Origin: Octopus sinensis
Lineage: Eukaryota
Direction of reading: 5' to 3'
Assembly (NCBI RefSeq): GCF_006345805.1
Contig: NW_021832574.1
Coordinates: forward strand, 1 to 60,455
Length of the DNA stretch: 60,455 nt
Numbering within the stretch: the first letter of the stretch is position 1; every line of letters begins with the position of its first letter. This document shows, piece by piece, positions 1-12,379 of this stretch. The notes under the pieces are model-generated. The model was not told the DNA's origin. It ran no database searches and saw only the letters and a list, made by a program, of their open reading frames with translations. The translations under genes were made by a program, and so were the position numbers.

Positions 1-82
1 GTGTCATTCTGAGATATTTAAACTTATGTAAATAGAGTCTATTATTTCAGTGTTGTTTGCTTTCGTTTCTGTATAAACAAAG

Positions 83-84
<2 letters not shown>

Positions 85-130
<46 letters not shown>

Positions 131-155
131 ACTACGACTGCTACTACTACTACTG

Positions 156-214
<59 letters not shown>
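85..214. repeat. Compound trinucleotide microsatellite (GCT)n then (ACT)n
   Basis: Read directly; it generates the poly-V/poly-A ORF 4..270. Confidence 0.95.
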
Positions 215-216
<2 letters not shown>

Positions 217-855
217 GCCTTCATCATCATTAGCTGCCCGTAAATAGTTGACAACGACTGTCCATGACATGTTGCGAGTCGTAGTATCAGACGAGATTCG
301 ATCTCCTGCACTCTGTTTCTATCTTCAGCTGCTGTGGCTGGTAGATCTTCAGCTGCAGGTGTCACTCTCCAATATCCACGTGTCATGTTTAGTCACATCC
401 TTGTACTTATGTCATGACGTACCTTAATGTATCGTACTACTAATCAACTGAGTCGAGTGTTTATTTTGGCAACTGTTTGCTTATATTCTTTGGATAATCA
501 CCAAACAGCAGAGCTTCCGTTGCACCGATAATATCTCAGCAGAGTTACGTTTAGGGAGCATGGTGTACTCTAGGATGATGTTTCCAACCTTGTCTTTCCG
601 TGTGATGATCATATACTGCGTCAGGTGCATTGGCAAAGCTAGTATGTATGCCGTCCGGGGTAGCCCTTGACTTTGTCACACTCCCCAGGACCCAAAGCCT
701 ATACAAGCCATCACCAGCAGCAGACCCAGCTTAGCTGCTGGTCAGGTGTCTCCTCATGAATGCATGCCGCGTTTTTTCTTTTACCAGTTTGCAGTCTAAC
801 ACCCGTGCCGCTGATTCATGCCATTGTTTGGTACAGCTTGTGTTTCGTTTGGACC
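215..855 (-). mobile_element. Heavily decayed 3' end of an RTE-type LINE
   Basis: Manual minus-strand translation across stops and frameshifts gives DGIHTSFANAPDAVY..QGWKHHP, AEILSVQRKL, TPAAEDLPA..EDRN and MSWTVVVNYLRAANDDE. These resemble RTE C-terminal motifs (DGTYTRML..ISWKQHP, EDLP.AM.DR..W..VV). A trinucleotide tail follows. Confidence 0.4.
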
Positions 856-857
856 TT

Positions 858-1266
858 TACTCTTTTACTCTTTTACTTGTTTCAGTCATTTGACTGCGGC
901 CATGCTGGAGCACCGCCTTTAGTCGAGCAAATCGACCCCGGGACTTATTCTTTGTAAGCCCAGTACTTATTCTATCGGTCTCTTTTTGCAGAACCGCTAA
1001 GTGACGGGGACGTAAACACACCAGCATCGGTTGTCAAGTGATGGTGGGGGGACAAACACAGACACACAAACATATACACACACATACATATATATATACA
1101 TATATACGACAGGCTTCTTTCAGTTTCCGTCTACCAAATCCACTCACAAGGCTTTGGTCGGCCCGAGGCTATAGTAGATGACACTTGCCCAAGGTGTCAT
1201 GCAGTGGGACTGAACCCGGAACCATGTGGTTGGTTAGCAAGCTACTTACCACACAGCCACTCCTAC
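858..1266 (-). mobile_element. tRNA-derived SINE, family A, full length
   Basis: Minus-strand head GTGGCTGTGTGGTAAGTAGCTTGCT..GGTTCAGTCCCAC (A/B boxes), internal TA/CA tract and (AAAAGAGT)n tail. Highly similar to 28366-28802 and 9755-10140. Confidence 0.9.
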
Positions 1267-1710
1267 CCCTATATATACTTTTTCCACATTTGGTATTTAT
1301 TCTATCGGTCTCTTTTGCCGAACTGCTAAGTTACGGGGTCTTAAACACACCAACGTACACCAACACCGGTTGTCAAGCGGTGGTGGGGGACAAACATTGG
1401 CACAAAGATAGACACATACTCACACACATTCACACACACATAGATAGATCATTTATACATACGTACATATTATATGATAGAAATATTAAAATTACTAAGT
1501 CTCTCTAAAGGAGATTACGACAGCGTTACTGGATATTAATAGTTATCGCCAAACTAATATGGCAGTCCATAAATATAAGACTAAAGCTGTCGCTGATTAG
1601 CTCCAAGAGGCCATCGCCTCTAGCTAGCTATATGACACACGAACCTGCGTCCATTACAACCTTCGAACAGGGGAGGTCAACCGCTTCACCCGGCTGGTCA
1701 GACATCTGCT

Positions 1711-1797
<87 letters not shown>

Positions 1798-2288
1798 TGC
1801 GTGCGTGTGTGTGTAAATATTAATATATAGAAAACAGGTATGGTATCCAATGCTTCATAGAACATAGACGCGTTTCAGTAAAATTGTGTAATAATTACAA
1901 AGCATTTGTAGAAATTTTACCTTATCAGATTTCTGCAATGAATACAATGATGAATGTTGAAAGTTCTAAAATATATACACACATCTCCCTTTATGCAAAT
2001 TCTAATGCTACACAATATAGCAGGGGACAGAAAAACCTGCCATGGATGCACGAAGCCAAGCCTCTTTCAAAATTGAGTAGGTGTGACCAGAAAAAAAATA
2101 AATAACGACAATAAGAATGACAATACCGATAGCAGAGTTGTGTGTATATATATATATATATATATACACATTATCTTTTTTTAATAATTTTGATATATAT
2201 TTAAAATAATATAAATTAATTAATCTTATGTATTGGCTTAAGTTTTTCATTGTATGATTTGCCTAATAGGGGTTTTATCTCTAATTTA

Positions 2289-2326
<38 letters not shown>

Positions 2327-2434
2327 AAGGGCAAGCCACTATGTGGTCGGCCGTATGCTATATATATATATATATGTATATGTATGTGTGTGTGTGCGCG
2401 TGTGTGTGCGTGTGAGTGTGTGTGTGTGCGCGCG

Positions 2435-2470
<36 letters not shown>

Positions 2471-2697
2471 TGTGTATGTATTTATGCGTGTGTGCGTGTA
2501 TGTATGTTTGTGTGTGTCTATATACACAAATGCATACACCCATTTAGTTCAGTTCTAAGGTACATCTCATTTATACTCTGAGATGCATCATCAGTAGTGT
2601 TTCTGGGATCATAGGTGTTTTGAGTCTTTCAACATCAGACCTCCTCATCCAATTGAGCCAGCCGGGGTTGATCAAATCCCAGATTGCACACCAGTAG

Positions 2698-2813
<116 letters not shown>

Positions 2814-2842
2814 GTCTATCTGTCTGTCTGTCTATCTATCTA

Positions 2843-4119
2843 TCAGGTTGAGTAAAAAGTAAGCAACATTTTGAACCATAAAGAATTTGTACCGGATGTT
2901 TGCAGAGTCTTTAAAAAAAATTTAAGATTTTTTTTTTGTCTGATAATAGGGACATAGACTTGCCCAAATGCATCAATAAATTAACATTGATTTTTTTTCA
3001 CCGTTGTTACAATCATCTGAAATGGTACTGTCAAAGCGCAATATTCGAATAATTTTGCTATTCAACTTCAAAAAAGAACGTAAAGCAGCTGAAACTGCTC
3101 GCGATATCAACGAAATGTTTGGTGGAGAAATGACCAGTGAGTGGTCAGCTTGAAAATGGTTTAAGCGATTTCGCAGTGGAGACTTTACCTTGAAGATCGT
3201 GAGCGTCGTGGATGCTTTTTTGTCATCGATGACGGTCAATTAAAGACCGTCATTGAGAAAGTTCTATATAAAACATTTCGAGAACTGACAAAAGAACTTC
3301 AAGTTAGCCAGAAAACTGCCTGCAACCATTTGCATGCGATCGGAAAATCAAAAAAGCTCGAGGAATGGGTACCACACGATTTTTAAGGAAAATCAGAATG
3401 AAAATCAGATATGAAATTTGCTCGTCGCTTCTCCGTAACCAGACCAAACCAGTTCTCGACCGTATTGTAACTTGCGATGAAAAGTGGATTCTGTACAATA
3501 AAATAAAAAAAAACGTTCTTCGCAATGGCTGGACCAAAACGAAGCACCGAAAACGTTCCCTAAATCCGAGCTGTTCAAAAAGAAGGTTATGGTGACTCTT
3601 TGGAAGTGCACTGCTGGACTCATCCACAATAACTTCTTAATACCCGGAAAAACTATTACTGCAGAAAAATATTGCCACGAAATTGCCAAATGAACGAAAA
3701 ACTGCTACTCCTCCGTTCCAGACTGGTCAACAGAAGAGGGCCAATCATTCGTCAGGACAATGCTCGACCACACGTTTCACAAATGACTCTCCAGAGGTTG
3801 AGGGAATTTGGCTACAAAGTACTTCCTCATTCAGCTTATTCACCACACCTTTCTCCTAACGACTATCACTTTTTCAAGCACCTTGATGTTTTCCTGCGAG
3901 AGGAGGAGTGCAAAAATCAAACCGATGCTGAAAGTGCGTTTAAAGAGTTCATCAGCTCCAGAACTCCATATTTTTATGTTATCGAAATAAACTGACGCGT
4001 AACTCGTTGGCAAAAATGTGTTGATTGTAATGGTATTTACTTTGATGAATAAAATTTTCGCATTGTTGAAATATATTGTGATGAATTTCATGTTTGAAAA
4101 TGTTGCTTACTCAGCCTGA
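2843..4119 (+). mobile_element. Mariner (DD34D, Hsmar1/SETMAR-like) transposon, 1277 bp
   Basis: TIRs TCAGGTTGAGTA(AAAAGTA)AGCAACATTTTGAA and TTGAAAATGTTGCTTACTCAGCCTGA; TA target duplications at 2841-2842 and 4120-4121. Confidence 0.92.
3022..4052 (+). pseudogene. Mariner transposase pseudogene
   Basis: MVLSKRNIRIILLFNFKKERKAAETARDIN (HTH), RIVTCDEKWILY, RQDNARPH, HSAYSPHLSPNDYHFFKHLD; contains stops and frameshifts. Confidence 0.92.
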
Positions 4120-4574
4120 TATCTATCTATATAAGCGCGATGGTTGGCAGGCAATTTGTACTGGCCTTGTAGATACGTGCATATATATATGTATGGACGT
4201 TCTTATATGTAAGTATAACGTATGTTCTGTATATATATATATATATTTGTATTTATGTGCCCATCTGGTATATTCAACTGATGAAAGCAGAGCTTATTTG
4301 AAGCAAAGCCAGAAATCCAGGATCTTGAATTATCCAGTAAAACCATTTTTTTGCTAGTTTATTTTGTCTCTCTGTCTTATCTCATGGCGCGATATGAACA
4401 TTTAAGGTGGTTTTTAGAGTCAGGGTTTTGACTGCTATTTCGGCATGGTGGTGTCTCTCAGATACCCTTATCTATAGTTGTAAACAATTATTACCCTTGT
4501 ATCGTATTTATTCCTATACTGGCCACTAGATAATATCGATATATATATATATGTATGTATATATATATAAATGT

Positions 4575-4659
<85 letters not shown>

Positions 4660-4989
4660 AAGAAGAAGAAACGAAACGAAACGAATCGAATCGAATCGAA
4701 TCGACGCGAGGGCGCTCAGTCATACAATAGTTTAATAAATAAAATATATGCATACATACAAACATATATGTACGTACCTACATCTACATGTATATATACA
4801 TGCATATATAAATATATATACGTGTGTACAGGACACCACAAATATACGTAGTACTCAACGAGAAACGAAAAAGTAAAAACAGCATGGAACGAACCATTTT
4901 TTTAACAACGAAAAAACAGAGTACAAGACAACTACACAAGGAAAAATCCCCTTCATCAGCTGTCCCTAGTTCAACTCCAGCGTGTTTCG

Positions 4990-5026
<37 letters not shown>

Positions 5027-5911
5027 TCATACAGATATACAAATACATATGTCTGTCTGTGCGTTAACACATAGACACATACACGAAGACATACGTACAA
5101 ACAATTAAAGAGAATATTTACTATAATGCTTTTTGTTTTATTTCCATAATGCATTTATATTCATTTATTCATTTATTGATGTTTACTTCTGTTGTTACCG
5201 TTGTTGATTATGATTTTCTTCTTTAATTCGTAGTCTTAACCCAACATTTTGTTGTCTACTTCCGGTTGAAAAATGTGAATTTGGTTGCATGAACGTAGTT
5301 ATAAGAAAGATACTGAAATAAGTGCTAAGATGCATAAGCGGTCATTGCAAGTTTGATTAATCATGATAACAGCTGTATAAAGGGGAGGTAAGTATTGTTG
5401 AACACGGTTATATTAATCAAGCAAGGAGGATATGTCAGATTAAAAAAACAAATCTTTGAAATGAGATGATACATTAGTATAATACTCTAACGTATCATCT
5501 CATTTCAAAGATTTTTTTCAAATCTTTTTTCTCATTTCAAGAATTGGCAAAGTTCTGTGGGAGAAAAAAAAACAAACTCTGACTTTTGATAGAAAGAGTG
5601 ACAACCCCGGACGGATTCCGCGCTTATTAGGCTTACCCAGAGAATTGTAGTCGCATACTGTGAAATTATGAATAGAAAGAATATTTTGTTGAGAGAAATA
5701 TCATTTTTATCAATGCTTTAAGAAGTTAAATGATTTAAAAAGTTCTATGATTTATGAGGTATTCAGGTATTCCCCGATACTTCACTGAATGGATGATATA
5801 TATATATATATATAATTTCAACAATTGAGGGCAAAATTAATTAATTATTAATCAATTTCACCAAGTGTTCAGTATGCAAAGGGACCATTCAAGGCGAATT
5901 CAAATTATTAC

Positions 5912-6175
5912 ATTATATAAAAGGGCTTAGTAAAATAAATTACTTTGCCGCATACTGAACTCATTAGAAATAGCAGCTAAAAACTTTTTAAAGCTATTTC
6001 TAATACTTAAAGAAAATCTCTCTCATATATAGTGTTTGCTTAATTAAGCAAACACTATATATGAGAGAGATTTCTTTAAGTATTAGAAATAGCTTTAAAA
6101 AAGTTTTTTTAGCTGCTATTTCTAATGAGTTCAGTATGCGGCAAAGTAATTATTTTACTAAGCCTTTTATATAAT
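5912..6175. repeat. Spacer-less palindrome of ~264 bp
   Basis: Centre GCTTAA|TTAAGC at 6038-6049; the arms are reverse complements apart from a few run-length differences. Confidence 0.95.
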
Positions 6176-6197
6176 AATATATATATTATATATATTT

Positions 6198-6233
<36 letters not shown>

Positions 6234-6246
6234 TAATATAATATAT

Positions 6247-6277
<31 letters not shown>

Positions 6278-6391
6278 TATATAAATATATATATATATAC
6301 ATGTATATATATATATATATTTATAATATTATATACACACCCACACCCAAATACATACATATATGTGCGTGTGTATGTGTATGTATGTGAG

Positions 6392-6428
<37 letters not shown>

Positions 6429-6471
6429 ATACAGGCACATATATATATATATATACGTATATATATATATA

Positions 6472-6514
<43 letters not shown>

Positions 6515-6596
6515 ATATATGTATGTGTGTGTATATGTATATATATATATATATATATCGATATATATGTATGTGTGTGTGTGTCTGTGTGTGTGT

Positions 6597-6820
6597 GTAA
6601 CGGGAAGTTTTACGAAAATAAACAAAAGACGAAGGCAGGTGGAGTACAAACAAACAATTGTATTAGTATGGCGCTCAGGAATAGAAATAAAACAAGTCTT
6701 TTACGTTTCGAGCCTACGCTCTTCAACAGAAAGATACACAGAAAAGAAACACAGAATGAAACAAGGAGAGAAAAAAAATGCGTGCAGAGGCTAGCGATTC
6801 AACATGGCGGTCTGATTTCA
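6597..6820 (-). mobile_element. Short dispersed repeat H1 with hammerhead-like motif at 6697-6734
   Basis: Related sequence at 26560-26730 and, in reverse orientation, 30661-30743. Minus-strand motif: TCTTT-CTGTTGAAGA-GCGTAGGCTC-GAAAC-GTA-AAAGA. Confidence 0.6.
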
Positions 6821-7114
6821 GCCAGAAGTCAGAGATCAGACGTTAGACGCAAGAGGGATAGTAGGGATATATATATATATACAGATATTTATATACACAG
6901 ATACGAAAGGCACAAACATGTCCGCACAAATTCACGCTACTATTTAATCATTTGTTCTATACTTTTTTTCTACTTTTATTTAACCTTTTCGGCTCCGTAC
7001 ATTCTGGAGCACTGTCATCGTCATCATCATTTATGTGAGTGTTTAGGGAGTGTTGCGCGCGCGTGTGCATACGAATGTACATGCCTAACCAAATATATCA
7101 AGTATATACATACA

Positions 7115-7148
<34 letters not shown>

Positions 7149-7149
7149 C

Positions 7150-7216
<67 letters not shown>

Positions 7217-7243
7217 CATACATACATCATACATGCATATATA

Positions 7244-7282
<39 letters not shown>

Positions 7283-8314
7283 TGCAGCTTACGTATATAT
7301 ACATACGTGCATGCGTATATATATTATGGTTTACATGTATGCTTGTATACATATGTATATAGATGCACGCATACAGCCATAAAACATATGTATATGTATA
7401 CATCCATGCAGAAACGTGCCTGTATACATGGAAACATACGTATATGAAAACACACATATATGCACGATTATACATGCATAGATGCATACATACTTGCACG
7501 TACAGAGGCACACACACACACACATATACATACACACATACATTCGCTCACGCGCAGACACACCACACACACATATACATACACATACACGCATACATGT
7601 ATGTACATACATACATGTGCATACATACTCACGCACATACATATGTACATACACACATACACACATGCATACACGTATGTACACACATGCATACATATAC
7701 ATATGTACATACATGCATTCATTCAAACATATACACATACATACACACATACAAACATACATACATACTTGTATGATGTCTTAATCAAATCGTCTTCGGC
7801 CGAAAGATTCCCCGTTATTCCGTTGTTATTTCCTAGATCCTATCAATTATGCTCTTGTCCAATGAAAACTGCTAGTTCGATAATTGCTATATCGATCTAT
7901 GTAGAGCATTTCCGGTGTCCAGCTTAGTACTGTCAAAGTTGCCCCTACCAAAAATAATAAAATAAACAAATAAATAGTAACTGAGAATGAAAAAAAAAAA
8001 GAAAAAGTAGTATGGAAAAGGAAAATAGTCGGCCAAAATAACCATTTTATCCAAACTGGCATCGTGTTAAGAAGGTGATTAAATCGTTGTTATGCTGTTT
8101 TCTTTTTGGTTTTAAAACATAGTACAGATCTTTGGAGTCTGCCAGATTCTCACAGCTTAGAGGTTTTGGATTGGATTGTCACGAACGCACGTGACTGTAG
8201 CAATTCGAGACAGTATGAAGGGGGACTCTACATGGTGATTCGACCTGTTATAAATAAGAGCCATATATTCCATTTTCTCTCTTAAACCACATGCTTCATT
8301 ATCATATTGGTCTC

Positions 8315-8520
8315 TAAGGTGGTGAGCTGACAGAATTGTTACCGCGCCGGTCAAAATGCTTAGCAGCATTACTTTCAGACTTTGCGTTCTGAGTTCAAAT
8401 GCTGCCAGGATCAACTTTGCCTTTCATGCAATCGGGGTCGATAAGATAAGTACCAGTTGACCATTGGAGACGATGCAATTGACTTCACCGTCGTCTCAAA
8501 TTTGCTGGCCTTGTGGAAAT
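8315..8520 (+). mobile_element. tRNA-derived SINE, family B
   Basis: Head AAGGTGGTGAGCTGACAGAA..GTTCTGAGTTCAAAT..GCCTTTCAT..GGGGTCGATAA, shared with many copies in the window. Confidence 0.8.
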
Positions 8521-8643
8521 TAAGAAAAGATTATCTTTGTGGTCTTGGAAGGTTCCAGTATTTTGTCTGCCAGATGGTGTTAGCTACCTTATTCCTCAAC
8601 TCTTTTCCATTTTTGGAGAATGATGTAGGAGAATTTTGCGAGA

Positions 8644-8686
<43 letters not shown>

Positions 8687-9754
8687 CGAATCAAAGGGAG
8701 AGAGAGAGAGAAGTGGAAGGAGCGAAACAAGGGGGGAGAGAGAAAGCGAGAGAGAGAGAGAGAGAGAGAGAAAAGTGAGGGAGAAAGATGAAAGGAGAGA
8801 GAAGGAGGGAAGGATCGAGAATAATTGAATGTCCATTTATTGTATCCCGGAAGGATAAAAGACAAAGTTAATGGCAGCGGAAATTTAACGCAAAACGATT
8901 AAGCTGTAAAAGACAATCCATAACTTGGTACTTTATTTATCGAGCCTCAGCAGGATAAAAAGTAAAGTCAACATAAGCGGAATTTGAACTCAAAACGTTA
9001 AGAGCCAGAAAAACTAGGACTTATTTATCGATCATCAATCCCTTGCCAGGTTGAAAAATCTAAGTTTACCGCAGCGGGTTTTGGACTCAGGGCGCAGAGG
9101 ACTGGGAAAACTGGTTATTTATAGACTTGCGGAACTGTGAAGGGAGACGTAGACCTCAATAGGATTTCAATTTAGAATTGAAAGAGCAAAAGAGCCAAGA
9201 AAAAAAAAGCATTGTATTTATTGATCCTCCACTACTGGAAGATAAAATTAATAGTGGCAGGAAAATAAAATTAACAGTCCAAAGATCGGGGAAAAATGAT
9301 ACTTTTTATATCGTCCATGCATCCTTGAAAGAACGAAGGGCAAAATTAACCAGTGGTGGGATTCAAATCAAGGGTACAGAGAACTGGGATATCTGGCACT
9401 TTATTTATTGTCCCTACATCTCTGGAAAGACGAAGGGTAAAGTTAACCCGTGTGGAATTTTAACCCAGAGAACAGAAAGCCGGACAAGCAGAATGGCGTA
9501 AGGCAAAGTTAATCAGGGCGAGATTTGAACTTAGAGCGCAAAGAATCGAAACACTACCTCGATGCTTCTCTCTGATACTTCAACGATTCTGCCAGTTTGC
9601 CGCCTTAAAAATACACAATAGGGCATGTTCTTGCTGTCGTTGTTTATTCCTAGGTCAGCCCCATGCCGAGCAGAGGGATCTTCTAAATCGCTCCAACACT
9701 GGTTGCCTCAACTTTGGGTGTATTCAGGTCTACGTTGTCCGATGAATCCTTACT

Positions 9755-10140
9755 CTTTTACTGGTTTCATTCAGTTGACTGCGGCCATGCTGGAACACTG
9801 CCTTTCGTCGAGCAAATCGACCCTAGGACTTATTCTTTGTAAGCTTAGTACTTATTCTATCGATCACTTTTGCCGAACCGCTAAGTTACGGAGACGTAAA
9901 CACACCAGCATCGGTTGTCAAGTGATGTTGGGGGGACGAACACAAACACACAAACATATACACACACATACATGTATATATACATACATACGACGGGCGT
10001 CTTTCAGCTTCCGTCTACCAAATCCACTCACAAGTCTTTGGTCGGCCCGAGGCTATAGTAGAAGACACTTGCCCAAGGTGCCACGCAGTGGGAATGACCC
10101 CGGAACCATGTGGTTAGTAAGCAAGCTACTTACCATACAA
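9755..10140 (-). mobile_element. SINE family A
   Basis: Colinear with 858-1266. Confidence 0.9.
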
Positions 10141-10754
10141 GCATTCTCGCTCCATTTAAAAAAAAAATTTTTAGACGGTAGGGTGTTATTTGAAAAAGAT
10201 TTGACTACAATTTCCAGCAAGTTGATCGAGGAATATTGATGCTCTGCTAGCATGTGGTCGTCTACTTGCTAGAAATATCAATTAAATAACTCTCAGGCCA
10301 CAGCATACCGATTTAGGGAGAAAAAGAAGGGCATACTTGATAATGTAGTCTTAGATAAACAATTTCTGGAAAGAAGATTGAAATTCTTTTGATCATGGGA
10401 TCTATTTGACCTTGCGCTAAACGAAAACAACATCATTATCAACAATGATAGTTACAAGAACAAGAACAATAGTAATAATCCTATACGTAGTCGTTCACGA
10501 AGTAGCAGCCAAATTGCATTCCCCGCCATTTTAATGTGCGCATACAATACTTGGCATTCCTACCAACCATATCCATCCATCCATCCATCCATCCGTCTGT
10601 TCGTCCGTCCGACCGTCCGTCTGTTTGTCTGTCTGTCTGTCTATCTATCTACTTACCTACCTACATGCATACACACATACATATGGGTACCACGTCTGTT
10701 ACGACGACGACGACTGTCCAAGTTGATTCAATCAACAAAACAGCCTAGTCGTGA

Positions 10755-10998
10755 GATTATCGTGCAAGTGCCTGAGTACTCCGTAGACATTTCACAGGGA
10801 TATTCAGCGTGACATACCGAATGTGACAAGGCTGGCTCATTGAATTACAGGTACAACTCATATTTGCAAGATGAATGGATTGGAGTAATGTGAAATAAAG
10901 TGTCTTGCTCAAGGACACAAAGTGTCGCAGGAAATCGAACCCACGATCGTAAGATTGTGAACCGAATACCCTTACCACCAAGCCACGAGTCTTCACAC
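10755..10998 (-). mobile_element. tRNA-derived SINE, family C
   Basis: Minus strand GTGGCTTGGTGGTAAGGGTATTCGG..GGGTTCGATTTCC then GTGTCCTTGAGCAAGACACTTTATTTCACATT; second copy at 36335-36595 (+). Confidence 0.8.
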
Positions 10999-11210
10999 AT
11001 ACATACGTTGGTACATACTATGTATATGCGTGTGCATGAGCGTACATACGTGCGCACGTGCGTTCTTACATCTCTCTATGTCTCTACTTATTTCTCTAAC
11101 CGCGTTCTTACGTACCTACTAACGTACCTGCATAAGTAACTACCTACCTACCTACAAACCAACCTAGCTACATATGTATGTACGACGTGCGTAACTACGT
11201 ATCTATCGAC

Positions 11211-12060
11211 AGATGAAGATGAAGATGAAGATGAAGATGATGAAGAAAAGGAAGAAGAAAAAGATGATGAAGATGAAGATGATGAAGAAGATGAAGATGA
11301 AGATGAAGAAGATGATGAAGATGAAGATGAAGAAAAGGAAGAAGAAAAAGATGATGATGATGAAGAAGATGAAGATGAAGATGAAGAAGATGAGAAGAAG
11401 AAGAAGAAGAAGATGAAGATGAAGAAAAGGAAGAAGAAAAAGATGATGATGATGAAGAAGATGAAGAAGATGAAGAGATGAAGATGAAGATGAAGATGAA
11501 GATGAAGAAAATGAAGGAGAAAAAGATGATGATGATGATGAAGATGATGATGAAGATGAAGAAGAAGAAGAAGAAGAAGATGAAGAAGAAGATGAAGATG
11601 AAGAAGATGAAGAAGATGAAGATGAAGAAGATGAAGATGAGGATGATGAAAAAGATGAAGAAGAAGAAGATGAGGATGATGAAAAAGATGAAGAAGAAGA
11701 AGATGATGATGATGAAGATGATGAAGAAGACGAAGAAGATGAAGATGATGAAGAAGATGAAGATGAAGAAGATGAAGAAGATGAAGATGAAGAAGATGAA
11801 GATGAAGATGAAGAAGAAGAAGATGAAGATGAAGAAGAAGATGAAGATGAAGAAGATGAAGAAGATGAAGAAGATGAAGATGAAGATGATGAAAAAGATG
11901 AAGAAGAAAAGGAAGAAGAAAAAGATGATGATGAAGAAGAATAAGAAGAATAAGAAGAATAAGATGAAGATGAAGATGAAAATGAAGAAGAAGATGAAGA
12001 AGATGAAGGTGAAGAAGAAGAGGAAGAAGAAGATGAGGATGAAGATGAAGACGAACAATA
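11211..12060. repeat. (GAA/GAT)n compound trinucleotide tract, ~850 bp
   Basis: Read directly; almost free of C on the plus strand; recurring subunit GAAGAAAAGGAAGAAGAAAAAGATGATGA. Confidence 0.95.
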
Positions 12061-12379
12061 AGAAAAGTATGAAACGGGATAGACGTAACTTTTAGATGTC
12101 AACTCTTTTCAAATATTTGCTTTTGTCAGTTGATTAGGATTGCTTCAAATATTAGCTCATTGTTAATCAAAAGATTCATTAATTTTTGTAGAAGATAATA
12201 TTTTATGAATCAATAACCGAATTGTGAATTTTGATTTCAAGAATAGGCACAGGGATTCAAATGTGAAAGAGGTATACATACATACACATACATACATACA
12301 TACATACATACATACATACATACATACATACATACATACATACATACATACATACATACATACATACACATATATACAT

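Noticed and set aside
858-1266. tRNA gene calls for SINE heads with A/B boxes
   Set aside because: No complete cloverleaf identified; the heads continue into a shared SINE body and tail.
2568-2612. Minus-strand CTGATGA followed by a 9-bp hairpin
   Set aside because: No adjacent GAAA and no stem I/III, so it is not a hammerhead as it stands.
4420-4465. Minus-strand CTGAGAGA..TGCC-GAAA..GTC motif
   Set aside because: Core and all three stems are mismatched; too degenerate to call.
6363-7927. Numerous YI/CV/HT-rich ORFs here and throughout the window
   Set aside because: Translations of TA, CA and TATG microsatellites.
11195-12102. Poly-F/I, poly-S and poly-M/K ORFs
   Set aside because: Alternative frames of the GAA/GAT tract; the acidic frame has stops and frameshifts.
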